Shown here: one piece after another, positions 1 through 8,640 of the stretch
How positions within the stretch are numbered: the first letter of the stretch is position 1
How the letters are laid out: each line of letters begins with the position of its first letter
NCBI GenBank assembly: GCA_002785585.1
Contig: PEUI01000314.1
Coordinates: forward strand, 1-31,418
Source of the DNA: Lysobacterales bacterium CG02_land_8_20_14_3_00_62_12
GTDB taxonomy: Bacteria > Pseudomonadota > Gammaproteobacteria > Xanthomonadales > Ahniellaceae
DNA length: 31,418 nt
Direction of reading: 5' to 3'
Notes under the pieces: generated by a model
Databases searched by the model: none
What the model saw: the letters and a program-made list of their open reading frames with translations, nothing else
Told to the model about the DNA's origin: nothing
Translations under genes and position numbers: made by a program

Positions 1-218
1 AGGGCGGCGAGGATGGCATCGAAGCAGGCCCAGTCGCGGGCGGCGCGACCGATGCCGCCATAGACCACCAGTTCCGCTGGATTTTCGGCGACTTCGGCAT
101 CCAGATTGTTCTGGATCATGCGATAGGCGGCTTCGGTCAACCAACTTTTGCAGCTGAGCGTCTGGCCTCGGGGCGCCGAAATATGGCGATCCGGATCAAA
201 GCGGGCACTCGTGTTCAT
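1..218 (-). CDS. hutU: Urocanate hydratase, N-terminal 72 codons (runs off the window edge)
   Basis: Absent from the ORF track because there is no stop in the window. Manual translation from ATG at 218 gives [72 protein letters not shown], the typical urocanase N-terminus. SD TAAGGA lies just upstream. Confidence 0.95.
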   Translation of the reverse strand, partial: MNTSARFDPDRHISAPRGQTLSCKSWLTEAAYRMIQNNLDAEVAENPAELVVYGGIGRAARDWACFDAILAA

Positions 219-240
219 CGGCATTCCTTATCGACCGCCG

Positions 241-255
241 ACAATTATAGGGCCA
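241..255 (-). promoter_or_regulatory. Putative hutU promoter: perfect -10 TATAAT inside a sigma54-like -24/-12 element
   Basis: The minus strand reads TGGCCCTATAATTGT, with TATAAT at 249-244. There is no recognisable sigma70 -35 at 17 bp. The GG-N10-GT spacing matches TGGCAC-N5-TTGC except that the -12 C is T. Confidence 0.4.
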
Positions 256-338
256 GCCGCTGCCGCCGCCGCTGTCGTGAGTGATCGACGGTCGCGATGG
301 CGTTGGGCTGACCCGCCGCCGCTAACCGCCGGTTACGT

Positions 339-2486
339 TCAACGCTTCGGCAGCACCAGCACAAACCGCGCACCGCCGCCATCGGCGTTTTCGCCGTGGA
401 CGCTGCCACCATGTTCCTCGGCAATCTTGCGGACCATCGCCAGACCGAGTCCAGTGCCCTTGGTTTTGGTGGTGGTGTAGGGCTCGAACCAGCGATCATC
501 AAAACCCGCTGGCAGGCCGAGGCCATGATCGCGCACGGCCAGTTCAACGGCATCGGTGTGTTCGGTCAGCCGCAACGCGATCCGTGGCAGGGTGCCAGCC
601 TGGCCGGCTTCAATGGCATTGGTGAGCAGATTGACCAAGGCTTGGCGCAGCCGATCACGATTGCCGAGGATCGACACCGGTGCGCTGCCGAGTTCGCGCT
701 CGATCAGGCATTGACCACTGTGCTCGTACAGGTCGAGCACTTCGTTGCAGAGTAAGGCCAGATCCAGTGGCCGACGTTCGCCCAGCGGCGGACGCGCATA
801 ATCGGCAAACGCGTTGACGATATTTTTCAGCGCATCGACCTGGGCGACAATGGTGTGGGTAGCGCGATCCAACACCTCGGCATCGGCGGCGGCCATTTTG
901 CCCAGATATTTGTGGCGCAAGCGCTCGGCCGCGAGCTGGATCGGCGTCAACGGATTCTTGATCTCGTGGGCGAGACGCCGCGCCACTTCGGCCCAGGCGG
1001 CTTCGCGCTGGGCGTGCGCCAGGACTTCGGCATCATCGAACACCGCAACATAACGCGCCAGCGCGGTTCCCGGCAGGCGCACCGCGCGCAGCAGCAGCAC
1101 CCGCTTGGGTTCACCGGCCAAAATGATTTCTTCGCGCCACTGCGGCTCGGCCCGCGCGGCGTGTGCCGAGAGCCCGGCGAACAGGGCGGCAGCCCGCGGA
1201 AACTGCGCGACCGCCGCGGCGATCGGGCAATCGATCAGCGCGTCCGCTGCCAGATCGAGCAAGGCGCCAGCGGCCGGGTTGGCGGTCAGGATGCGCTCGC
1301 CATCGAAGCTCAAAACGCCAGCGCTGAGCCGCTCCAGCACCGCTTGCAAATGCGTGCGATGCAACTCGATCTCGGCGCGACTGGCGCGTTCCCTGGCGTC
1401 GGCGGTGTGGAGTGCCGAGGCCATCCGGTTGAAACTGGTGGTCAGAAATCCGAGTTCGTCCTGACTGCTGACCGGCAGGTGTTGGTCGTAGCGCCCAGCG
1501 GCGATGTCGCCAGTGGCGGTGGCCAGATCGGAGATCGGCTGGATCAGCCGAGCGCTGGCCATCAGCGCCGTGTACAGCGCGCCGAGCAGCGCGAGCAGAC
1601 TGACCAGACCGAGGATCAGCACGAAGCTCAACTTGAGCGCGCGGCGCTGGAAGCGCAGTTGCGCGTAATCGACGGCGGTGCGTTCGAGGATTTCCAGTCG
1701 CGGCGTCAGGTCCACCGGCAGCGGAAAAATGGCCTGCAACAAGCCGACGCCGGGCACCCGATCGAGTACCCGCCAAGCCAGCGTATCCTGGATGCGCTCA
1801 CTCTTGCCGAGTTGGCCGGCTTGGCGCACTTGCAAGCGTTCGGCCTCGCTCGGCGCCTTCGGCAAAACGATGCTGCTGCTGTTGAAAGCCAGCGCCAGCA
1901 AGACACCATTGTCATCGTAGACGGTGAGATAGAGCGGCTCGTCGATGCCATCGACCAGGGCATCGAGGCCCGCTTGCAGGTCGCCGCCGGCGGCGAGCGC
2001 GGCGCGCTTGGCGAGCGCATTGGAGCGATCCCGGGCGCGGCGTTCAAACGACCGCAAAACATCGCGGCCGAGTGCCTCCGCCGCCGCCTGTGAGGCTTCG
2101 ACATCGGCGCGAAACCAACTGTCGATACCGACTTCGACGAAGCGCATGGCGAAGCCGGAAACCAGCAGGGTCGGCGGAATCGCCAACAGCGCAATCAGTA
2201 CCGCCAGCCGCAGATTGAGCCGACTACCGGGCCGGCCGGCACGCCAGCGTTGACCGAGTCGCCAGGCCTCATCGATGACGGCGCCGACCAGCACCAGCAC
2301 GGCTATCGCGGCGATCACAAACAGGCCGACATAGGCGCTACCGATCTGGCTAGTTGCGCTTTCGGCATCGGCGGCCAGCCACAATGCCGCCAATAGCAGC
2401 AGCAGTGACGCGGCGATCGGCAGGCCAACCCACCACCAGCGTTGGCGGCCGGTTTTGGCCAGGCGCCGCAGCGGAGGCGCGCTCAT
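339..2486 (-). CDS. ntrY: NtrY-like membrane sensor histidine kinase (TM-HAMP-PAS-HisKA-HATPase), about 715 aa
   Basis: H-box AHEIKNPLTPIQL, N-box LRQALVNLLTNA, G-boxes DHGLG and TTKTKGTGLGLA, HAMP segment DELGFLTTSFNRM. Start moved to ATG 2486 because it forms an ATGA overlap with the upstream stop. The position after rsmB-DUF4390 is the usual ntrY context. Confidence 0.85.
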   Translation of the reverse strand: MSAPPLRRLAKTGRQRWWWVGLPIAASLLLLLAALWLAADAESATSQIGSAYVGLFVIAAIAVLVLVGAVIDEAWRLGQRWRAGRPGSRLNLRLAVLIALLAIPPTLLVSGFAMRFVEVGIDSWFRADVEASQAAAEALGRDVLRSFERRARDRSNALAKRAALAAGGDLQAGLDALVDGIDEPLYLTVYDDNGVLLALAFNSSSIVLPKAPSEAERLQVRQAGQLGKSERIQDTLAWRVLDRVPGVGLLQAIFPLPVDLTPRLEILERTAVDYAQLRFQRRALKLSFVLILGLVSLLALLGALYTALMASARLIQPISDLATATGDIAAGRYDQHLPVSSQDELGFLTTSFNRMASALHTADARERASRAEIELHRTHLQAVLERLSAGVLSFDGERILTANPAAGALLDLAADALIDCPIAAAVAQFPRAAALFAGLSAHAARAEPQWREEIILAGEPKRVLLLRAVRLPGTALARYVAVFDDAEVLAHAQREAAWAEVARRLAHEIKNPLTPIQLAAERLRHKYLGKMAAADAEVLDRATHTIVAQVDALKNIVNAFADYARPPLGERRPLDLALLCNEVLDLYEHSGQCLIERELGSAPVSILGNRDRLRQALVNLLTNAIEAGQAGTLPRIALRLTEHTDAVELAVRDHGLGLPAGFDDRWFEPYTTTKTKGTGLGLAMVRKIAEEHGGSVHGENADGGGARFVLVLPKR

Positions 2487-2992
2487 GGCAACGCTGTCCA
2501 CGCCGTTGCGGCCGACTGCAAGTGCCAGTCGCGATCAAACAGCGCCGGCAACCTGAGTGGCGCGGGCAAGGCTTGGGTATCCAGGCGGAAGCTGACGCGG
2601 CCGGCCACCGGCTGGGCGGCGGCCACCGGCAAGCGCAGCCGATCCAGCGCCGACAACAGTTGCAGGCGACTGGCAAAGCTCTGTGCCGGATTGCCACCGG
2701 AGTCCAGCTCATAGCGGCGCAGCAGCGGCAAAAAACGCAAGGACACGCGCTGGTGCTGGCGCGGTCCGTGGGCCGGATCGATCCGAAAATCCAAGGTCAG
2801 CGGGATGCCGTGATCGAGCGCGGCGAGCATCGTCGGCGAAAACGTCAGCGCTAACGTCAGGTCCAGGCTGCTGCTGGCGCTATGCCAGGCGGCGGCGTCG
2901 ATGCGGGCAGGGTTGGGGTCCGCCGATCCGGCGCAGCCGACGACCGCCAAGCTAACCAGAATGGCGCTCCAGCACGGCGTAAAAAAAGCCAT
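2483..2992 (-). CDS. DUF4390-family exported protein, probable lipoprotein, about 169 aa
   Basis: [20 protein letters not shown] looks like a signal peptide with lipobox. Motifs ALDHGIPL, LRFLPLLRRY and LPAPLRLPALFDRDWHL, plus the position between rsmB and ntrY. The ORF-track start at 3148 lies deep inside rsmB. Confidence 0.75.
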   Translation of the reverse strand: MAFFTPCWSAILVSLAVVGCAGSADPNPARIDAAAWHSASSSLDLTLALTFSPTMLAALDHGIPLTLDFRIDPAHGPRQHQRVSLRFLPLLRRYELDSGGNPAQSFASRLQLLSALDRLRLPVAAAQPVAGRVSFRLDTQALPAPLRLPALFDRDWHLQSAATAWTALP

Positions 2993-4280
2993 CGGCGTCG
3001 CCCTGTCCCGGAAAGTTCTGCCGTCCCCAGCGGCGATCACTGCCAAACCACGACGGCAGCACGGCAGCGACCCGCGCATCGGCGGTGCGGGCAACAAACG
3101 CGGCGATCTGGTTTTCGTTTTCATCTTTGAGCACCGAACAGGTCGCATAGACTAGCCTTGCACCGGCGGCGAGCAAAGGCCACAGGTGATCGAGCAACCG
3201 CGCCTGTTGCTGGCACAGGGTGGCGATATCGCTGGCGCGGCGCAGCAGGCGAATATCCGGATGGCGGCGGATCACACCGGTACCGCTGCAGGGCGCATCG
3301 ATCAGGATGCGATCAAAGCGCTCGCCTTGGCACCAAGTCTCCGGCTGGGTGGCATCGCCCTGCTTGAGGGTGGGCTGCAAACCCAGCCGACGCATGCCCT
3401 GGCGGGTACGCTCCAGGCGTTTGCCATCGAAATCGACGCCCAGCAATCGCGCCAGTTCGGGCTCGCGTTCGGCGATGTGGGCCAGTTTGCCGCCGGGCGC
3501 GGCGCAGGCATCGAGCACGCGCAGGCCCGGTTGCAGCTCCAGCAGTTCCACGGCCAGTTGGGCGCTGGCGTCCTGGACACTGATCCAGCCTTCATTCCAG
3601 CCCGGCAGATCGGTCACGGCACCGGCCACCGGCACCTGCACGGCGTCGGCCAACTGTGGATGTTGGGTGGCCTCGATCCCGGCGGCGCTGAGGCGGGCCC
3701 GCAACTGGTCGCGACCGCAGCGGCGCCGATTCACCCGCAGCCAGAGCGGCGCTGCGCAATTATTGGCGAGCAAAATGGCGGCCGCTTCGCTGGGCCAATC
3801 GGCGTGCAACCGCTCGATCAGCCAATCCGGATGATTGCAGCGAAGGCTTTCGCTATCGGGCAGACGCTGATACAGCGCAGCGCCTTGACGCAAGGCATTA
3901 CGCAAGACCGCATTGACCAATCCCGAGAGCGTGCCCCAGCCCAGCGCGCGGGCGGCATCGACGCTGGCATCGACGACGGCATAAGCGGCGTCGATGCCTT
4001 CTTCGAGTTCGGTCAGACCGATCAGCAACAGCGCTTCCACCGGCGCAGCACGCGCCTGCAAAGGTTTTTCCATGAGCAGCGCGAGCGCCGCTTGGCGTCG
4101 ATAGATCGAACGCAAACTGGCGTAGAGGATGACGCGCAACTGCGCGCGGTCGCGCCGATCAGTCAGCGCCTGATCGGCGGCGGGTAACACGTCTTGCAAC
4201 GAGCCCTGCCCCGCCAGCACCCGCGCCAGCGCCCGCGCCGCGATCGCGCGCAAGGGCAGGTTGGTGGTTCGGGGGTTCAA
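2952..4280 (-). CDS. rsmB: 16S rRNA m5C967 methyltransferase RsmB (Sun)
   Basis: NusB-like N-terminus, [54 protein letters not shown] start overlaps the fmt stop. Confidence 0.96.
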   Translation of the reverse strand: MNPRTTNLPLRAIAARALARVLAGQGSLQDVLPAADQALTDRRDRAQLRVILYASLRSIYRRQAALALLMEKPLQARAAPVEALLLIGLTELEEGIDAAYAVVDASVDAARALGWGTLSGLVNAVLRNALRQGAALYQRLPDSESLRCNHPDWLIERLHADWPSEAAAILLANNCAAPLWLRVNRRRCGRDQLRARLSAAGIEATQHPQLADAVQVPVAGAVTDLPGWNEGWISVQDASAQLAVELLELQPGLRVLDACAAPGGKLAHIAEREPELARLLGVDFDGKRLERTRQGMRRLGLQPTLKQGDATQPETWCQGERFDRILIDAPCSGTGVIRRHPDIRLLRRASDIATLCQQQARLLDHLWPLLAAGARLVYATCSVLKDENENQIAAFVARTADARVAAVLPSWFGSDRRWGRQNFPGQGDADGFFYAVLERHSG

Positions 4281-5209
4281 GGCCGCTGCCGCAGTTCGGG
4301 GCGGGCGTTGAGATAATCCCAGGCCGAGAGCGGTTTGCCGCCGGCGCGTTGCACCCGGGTCAGCCGCAGGGCGCCCTCGCCACAGGCGATGTCGATGCCC
4401 TCGCGGGTGGCAGCGAGCACGCTGCCCGGCGCCGCGCTGGCCAGGGCCGGCACTGCCAGCGCTGCATGCACGCGCAGGCGTTCGCCGGCCAGCTCCAGTT
4501 CGGCAATCGGCGTCGGCGAAAACGCACGCACTTGGCGTTCCAAGGCGATCGCGCTTTGCGTGCAGTCCAATGCTGCCTCCGCTTTTTCAATCTTGTGCGC
4601 ATAGCAAATGCCAACGCTGGATTGCGCCTGCGCGGCGGGCAACGTACCCAGTGCCAGTCGGGTCAGGCCTTCGCTGAGCAGGTCGGCAGCGAGCGCAGCG
4701 AGACGATCCTGCAAACTGCCGCCGCTATCGTCAGTCTGTATTGGCGTGCGTCGGCTGAGCAATACCGGCCCGCTATCGAGGCCCGCCTGCATCTGCATCA
4801 GATCGACGCCGGTGGCGTCGTCGCCGGCCAGAATCGCCCGCTGGATCGGCGCGGCGCCACGCCAGCGCGGCAGCAGCGAGGCGTGCAGATTCCAGCAACC
4901 ATGGCGGGGCACAGCGAGCACCGCTTCGGTCAGCATCAGGCCATACGCCACGACGATCAGCAGGTCCGGCTCCAGTGCTGTCAGTTGTCGGCGAACGCTG
5001 GGTTTGCGCAAGGTTTCCGGTTGCAGCACCGGCACCCCCGCTGCCAACGCCTGCAGTTTGATCGGGCTGGCCGCGAGCCCGCGGCCACGGCCGGCCGGCC
5101 GATCCGGTTGCGTCAACACCGCGACCACCGGGTGGCCCGAAGCCAGCGCCGCCTGCAACGCGGGCACGGCAAACGCGGGCGTGCCCGCAAAGATCAGCCG
5201 CAGACTCAA
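4277..5209 (-). CDS. fmt: Methionyl-tRNA formyltransferase
   Basis: [46 protein letters not shown]. It follows def. Confidence 0.97.
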   Translation of the reverse strand: MSLRLIFAGTPAFAVPALQAALASGHPVVAVLTQPDRPAGRGRGLAASPIKLQALAAGVPVLQPETLRKPSVRRQLTALEPDLLIVVAYGLMLTEAVLAVPRHGCWNLHASLLPRWRGAAPIQRAILAGDDATGVDLMQMQAGLDSGPVLLSRRTPIQTDDSGGSLQDRLAALAADLLSEGLTRLALGTLPAAQAQSSVGICYAHKIEKAEAALDCTQSAIALERQVRAFSPTPIAELELAGERLRVHAALAVPALASAAPGSVLAATREGIDIACGEGALRLTRVQRAGGKPLSAWDYLNARPELRQRP

Positions 5210-5736
5210 AGCGCGTGCTCGCGCTGCCCGGCATCCACCCGCGCGCGTCGCGCCTTCTCCAATTTTTTTCGCACCATCGCGCGCTTCAACACCGACAGGT
5301 AATCGACAAATACCTTGCCGACCAAGTGATCCATCTCATGCTGGATGCAGATCGCCAGCAAGCCATCGGCAGCGAGCTCGAAGGCCTGCCCCTGGCGATC
5401 CAGTGCCCGTACCTGGATCGAGTGAGCGCGGGTGACATCCGCATAAATGCCGGGTACCGACAGACAGCCCTCCTGATAAACCTGTTCGCCCTCAGCCGCC
5501 AGCAGTTGTGGATTGATCAGCACCAGCGGCCGATTTTTTTCTTCGGACACGTCCAGCACCAGCAATTGCCGATGGACATCCACCTGGGTCGCCGCCAGCC
5601 CGATACCGGGTGCGGCGTACATGGTCTCCAGCAGGTCGTCGATCAACTGTGACAGCGCGGCGTCGAAGCGGGTGACCGGGACCGCGCAGGTGCGCAGGCG
5701 CGGGTCAGGAAATTCAAGAATCGTGAGCTTGGACAT
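5206..5736 (-). CDS. def: Peptide deformylase, about 176 aa
   Basis: The three PDF motifs [15 protein letters not shown] and QHEMDHL are present. SD GAGGA precedes ATG 5736. Confidence 0.97.
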   Translation of the reverse strand: MSKLTILEFPDPRLRTCAVPVTRFDAALSQLIDDLLETMYAAPGIGLAATQVDVHRQLLVLDVSEEKNRPLVLINPQLLAAEGEQVYQEGCLSVPGIYADVTRAHSIQVRALDRQGQAFELAADGLLAICIQHEMDHLVGKVFVDYLSVLKRAMVRKKLEKARRARVDAGQREHAL

Positions 5737-5811
5737 GGTTTTTTCCTCGGACCTCAAAGATGCTGGTTTGGTCGCCTGCTGGCAAGCCGTTCGCGTTGAC
5801 CGACAGAACCA

Positions 5812-5840
5812 TTCCCGGCCTTTATTATTTGGGTTACACT
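5812..5840 (+). promoter_or_regulatory. Possible sigma70 promoter for the LysM gene (TTCCCG-N17-TACACT)
   Basis: AT-rich divergent spacer with hexamers at 5812-5817 and 5835-5840. The -35 is weak. Confidence 0.3.
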
Positions 5841-5879
5841 CACCTTTAGTCCTTCTGACAAATCAGGAGCTTAGCCGCC

Positions 5880-7082
5880 ATGCTTAAACGAATGCTTGCA
5901 GTTGTTGCCGGATCGCTACTTGCGGCCTCAGGTTTTGCTGCCAACCCCGAGTTGCGCAGTGACCACCCGCAAACCTATACCGTGGTTCGCGGCGACACGC
6001 TTTGGGATATTTCCGCGCGCTTCTTGAAAAGTCCCTGGTTGTGGCCAGAAATCTGGCAGGCCAACAGCCAGATTGAAAATCCGCATCTGATCTATCCCGG
6101 CGATCAGATCAGCTTGGTCTACATCGATGGCCAGCCGCGCCTGGTCCGTGGCAACGGCGGCAATCGCCCCGATGTCGTGAAACTGTCGCCGCAGGTCCGC
6201 AACGTCGGTGGTGATCGGGCGATTCAACCGATTCCGCTCGAACATATCAAAGCCTTCCTTGAGCAGACGCGGGTGTATTCCGACGAAGCCATCAAGCACT
6301 TGCCCTACGTCGTCGAAAACGAGGAAAGTCGCTTGGTGAGTGCGCCCGGGCAGTTGGTTTACGTGCGCGGCCTGGACGCGCGTCCCGGCGACGCGGTCGA
6401 TGTGGTGCGCCCGACGGTGGTCTATCGTGAGCTTCCGGCGCGCTTCCCGTGGACCAAATCGGTACCGCGCAAGTTTGACAGAAAACCTTACGTCGGCGTG
6501 CGCCAAGTGACCTTTGCCAGCCTCTGGCTGGAGGGTTTCAACAACCTGCATCGGCGCCACAGCTCGGAGATTCTTGGCCACGAAGTGCAGCAAGTGTCGC
6601 GGGCGCGGGTGTTGAAAAGCGGCGATCCGGCCACGCTGGAATTGCTCGATTCCAATTTTGAAGTGATGAAAGGCGATCTGGTCGTGGCCGCCGATACCCA
6701 TCCTTACGACGCCAGCTATTCGCCCCATGCGCCCGATGCGGTGCCCGCCAACATGCGCGTGTTGGGGGTCTCCGGAGCCGAGCGCTACACCGGGTCGTAT
6801 CGACTGGTCGCGCTGTCGCGTGGCGCCCGCGACGGCGTCGCCAATGGCGAGGTGTACGCCTTGTACCAGCCCAGCCGCAAGCAACGCGACAAGGTCAAGT
6901 TTGCCAATGAAGACCTGCGCACGGTGTTTCCGAACAAAGCCGCCAAGGTCGTCATTCCGGAAGAGTTTCTCGGCCACGCGATGGTGTTTCGCACTTTCGA
7001 GAAGGTCAGCTATGCCTTGGTGATGGACGGCATCCGGCCGATCCAGTTGAACGACATCGCGCTCGCTCCGCAGGCGTTGTAA
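5880..7082 (+). CDS. tsaP: LysM peptidoglycan-binding periplasmic protein, TsaP-like (secretin-associated)
   Basis: Signal peptide followed by the LysM motif YTVVRGDTLWDISARFLKSPWLWPEIWQANSQIENPHLIYPGD. Divergent from def, as for PA0020/tsaP homologues. SD AGGAG. Confidence 0.8.
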   Translation: MLKRMLAVVAGSLLAASGFAANPELRSDHPQTYTVVRGDTLWDISARFLKSPWLWPEIWQANSQIENPHLIYPGDQISLVYIDGQPRLVRGNGGNRPDVVKLSPQVRNVGGDRAIQPIPLEHIKAFLEQTRVYSDEAIKHLPYVVENEESRLVSAPGQLVYVRGLDARPGDAVDVVRPTVVYRELPARFPWTKSVPRKFDRKPYVGVRQVTFASLWLEGFNNLHRRHSSEILGHEVQQVSRARVLKSGDPATLELLDSNFEVMKGDLVVAADTHPYDASYSPHAPDAVPANMRVLGVSGAERYTGSYRLVALSRGARDGVANGEVYALYQPSRKQRDKVKFANEDLRTVFPNKAAKVVIPEEFLGHAMVFRTFEKVSYALVMDGIRPIQLNDIALAPQAL

Positions 7083-7093
7083 GGCGGTCGGGC

Positions 7094-7197
7094 GTAGCTC
7101 GGGTTTCCACCCGACAAGGCTGAATCGTCGGTCGGGTGGCAACCCGACAAGGTTTCCACCCGACCGGTCATTCCGGTCGGGGCAAAGCCCAACCTAC
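7094..7197. repeat. REP cluster (GTAG-type inverted doublet with internal hairpins) between convergent genes
   Basis: GTAGCTCGGGT-TTCC-ACCCGAC at 7094-7115 (+). GTAGGTTGGGC-TTT-GCCCCGAC at 7197-7176 (-). Internal perfect hairpin GTCGGGT-GGCA-ACCCGAC at 7131-7148, partial copy GGTTTCCACCCGAC at 7151-7164, and GACCGG-N5-CCGGTC at 7162-7178. Confidence 0.8.
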
Positions 7198-8468
7198 CGC
7201 CGGGCTACCGCCGACTTACTGGCTGGCGGACCAAGTTGGCGGATAAACGCGCGCACCACCGGGTACACTTTTTCGCGCCAGCGACGGCCGGAAAATACCC
7301 CGAAATGACCAGCGCCTTCGGCGATGTAGTGCTGCTTGCGGGCCGCCGGGATATTGCTACACAGCGCCTGCGCGGCTTCGGTCTGGCCACTGCCGGAAAT
7401 ATCGTCGAGCTCGCCCTCGATGGTCAGCAGTGCCGTGGTTTTGATGTCTTGCGGGCGCACATTTTCGCCATCCACAAACCAGCTGCCGTTGGGCAGGTCG
7501 AACTGCTGGAACACACTGCGGATGGTGTCGAGATAGAAACTGGCGTCGATGTCGAGCACGGCGTTGTATTCGTCGTAAAAGGCCACGTGCTGGGCGGCGT
7601 CGTCTTTGTCGCCGCGGACCAGGTCCAGAAAATAATCCCAGTGTGCTTTGAAGTGCCGGTCCGGGTTCATCGCGACAAAACCGCTGTGCTGCAAAAACCC
7701 CGGATAGACGCGCCGTCCAGCGCCTGGATAACGCGCCGGTACGGTATAGATGACGCTGTGTTCAAACCACGAGTACGGCCGCGTCGTCGCCAGCGTATTG
7801 ACCGCAGTCGGACTTTTGCGGGCGTCGATCGGGCCGCCCATCATCGTCATGCTGGCCGGCGTAGTCTCGCCGCGCGAAGCCATCAGCGAGATCGCCGCCA
7901 GCACCGGCACGGTGGGTTGGCAGACCGAGATCACGTGCAGATTTTCGGCGCCGATGTGGCGGATGAATTGCTGGATGGTGTTGACGTAGGCATCGAGCCC
8001 GAAGTCACCTTGATCGAGCGGCACCATCCGCGCATCGATCCAGTCGGTGATGTAGACCTTGTGCTCGGGCAGCAAGGTGCGCACGGTGTCGCGCAGCAAG
8101 GTCGCGTGGTGGCCGGAAAGTGGCGCACACACCAGCACCACCGGGTCGTCTTTCAGCGCGCGAATGGTGTCGACGTCGTCGGCATAGCGCTTGAAGCGCA
8201 ATAGATTGCAGAACGGCGTTTTCAGTGCGGTCAATTCCAACACCGGAACTTCGCGGCCGTGGGCGGTCACCGACTTGATGCCGAACTCGGGCTTTTCGTA
8301 TTCTTTGCCGAGCCGATACAGCAGCTCGCAACCGGCGGCCACCCGCTGCGCGCCGGGCAACATCGACCAGGGGCTGGCCGAATGGACAAAGGTCCGGCCC
8401 AGGTCGCCCATGGCGGCGGTCATCGGTGTCATCAGCGAACGCTGCCACTCGACCAGTTGATACAACAT
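7194..8468 (-). CDS. phaZ: Intracellular polyhydroxyalkanoate depolymerase (PhaZ1 type), about 424 aa
   Basis: MLYQL start with SD GGAGG, YEKPEFGI, APLSGHHATLLRDTV, lipase-box-like SVCQP (Cys nucleophile type), GGPIDAR, VYPGFLQ, EGELDDISG, GHFGVFSGRRW. Confidence 0.93.
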   Translation of the reverse strand: MLYQLVEWQRSLMTPMTAAMGDLGRTFVHSASPWSMLPGAQRVAAGCELLYRLGKEYEKPEFGIKSVTAHGREVPVLELTALKTPFCNLLRFKRYADDVDTIRALKDDPVVLVCAPLSGHHATLLRDTVRTLLPEHKVYITDWIDARMVPLDQGDFGLDAYVNTIQQFIRHIGAENLHVISVCQPTVPVLAAISLMASRGETTPASMTMMGGPIDARKSPTAVNTLATTRPYSWFEHSVIYTVPARYPGAGRRVYPGFLQHSGFVAMNPDRHFKAHWDYFLDLVRGDKDDAAQHVAFYDEYNAVLDIDASFYLDTIRSVFQQFDLPNGSWFVDGENVRPQDIKTTALLTIEGELDDISGSGQTEAAQALCSNIPAARKQHYIAEGAGHFGVFSGRRWREKVYPVVRAFIRQLGPPASKSAVARR

Positions 8469-8518
8469 GCGCAAACCCCTCCGCAGGCGCATGACCGGGA
8501 GCCATGGACGCCGGGTCG

Positions 8519-8547
8519 ATTCTGGCCCAGATCGGCCATTGCTGCAA
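8519..8547 (-). promoter_or_regulatory. Putative sigma70 promoter of phaZ (TTGCAG-N17-CAGAAT)
   Basis: -35 at 8547-8542 and -10 at 8524-8519, exactly 17 nt apart, about 50 nt upstream of the phaZ ATG. Confidence 0.5.
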
Positions 8548-8554
8548 TGCACCA
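8539..8554. promoter_or_regulatory. PhaR-type operator (TTGCTGCAATGCACCA)
   Basis: TGC-rich element upstream of a PHA gene. TGCAATGCACCA fits the TGC-N3-GCA class of PhaR sites; the consensus is recalled from memory, not computed. Confidence 0.6.
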
Positions 8555-8640
8555 TCGCGGCCACCGACGACGCTTTAGTAGACCGACGCCAGCCCCAAAA
8601 GCCGTTTTACCCGCAGCCAATCCGGCCGCGCATGGCGGTT

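Noticed and set aside
2993-3148. ORF-track 5' extensions (DUF4390 from 3148, phaZ from 8564, reductase from 9987, rpoD from 11860, gspE from 19746, gspK from 24882, gspL from 25802)
   Set aside because: They overlap neighbouring genes or promoters. Downstream starts have an SD or stop/start coupling and match the family N-termini.
7094-7197. CRISPR mini-array or simple rho-independent terminator
   Set aside because: The repeats are inverted palindromes without regular unique spacers, there are no cas genes, and there are no U-tracts. The GTAG caps point to REPs.
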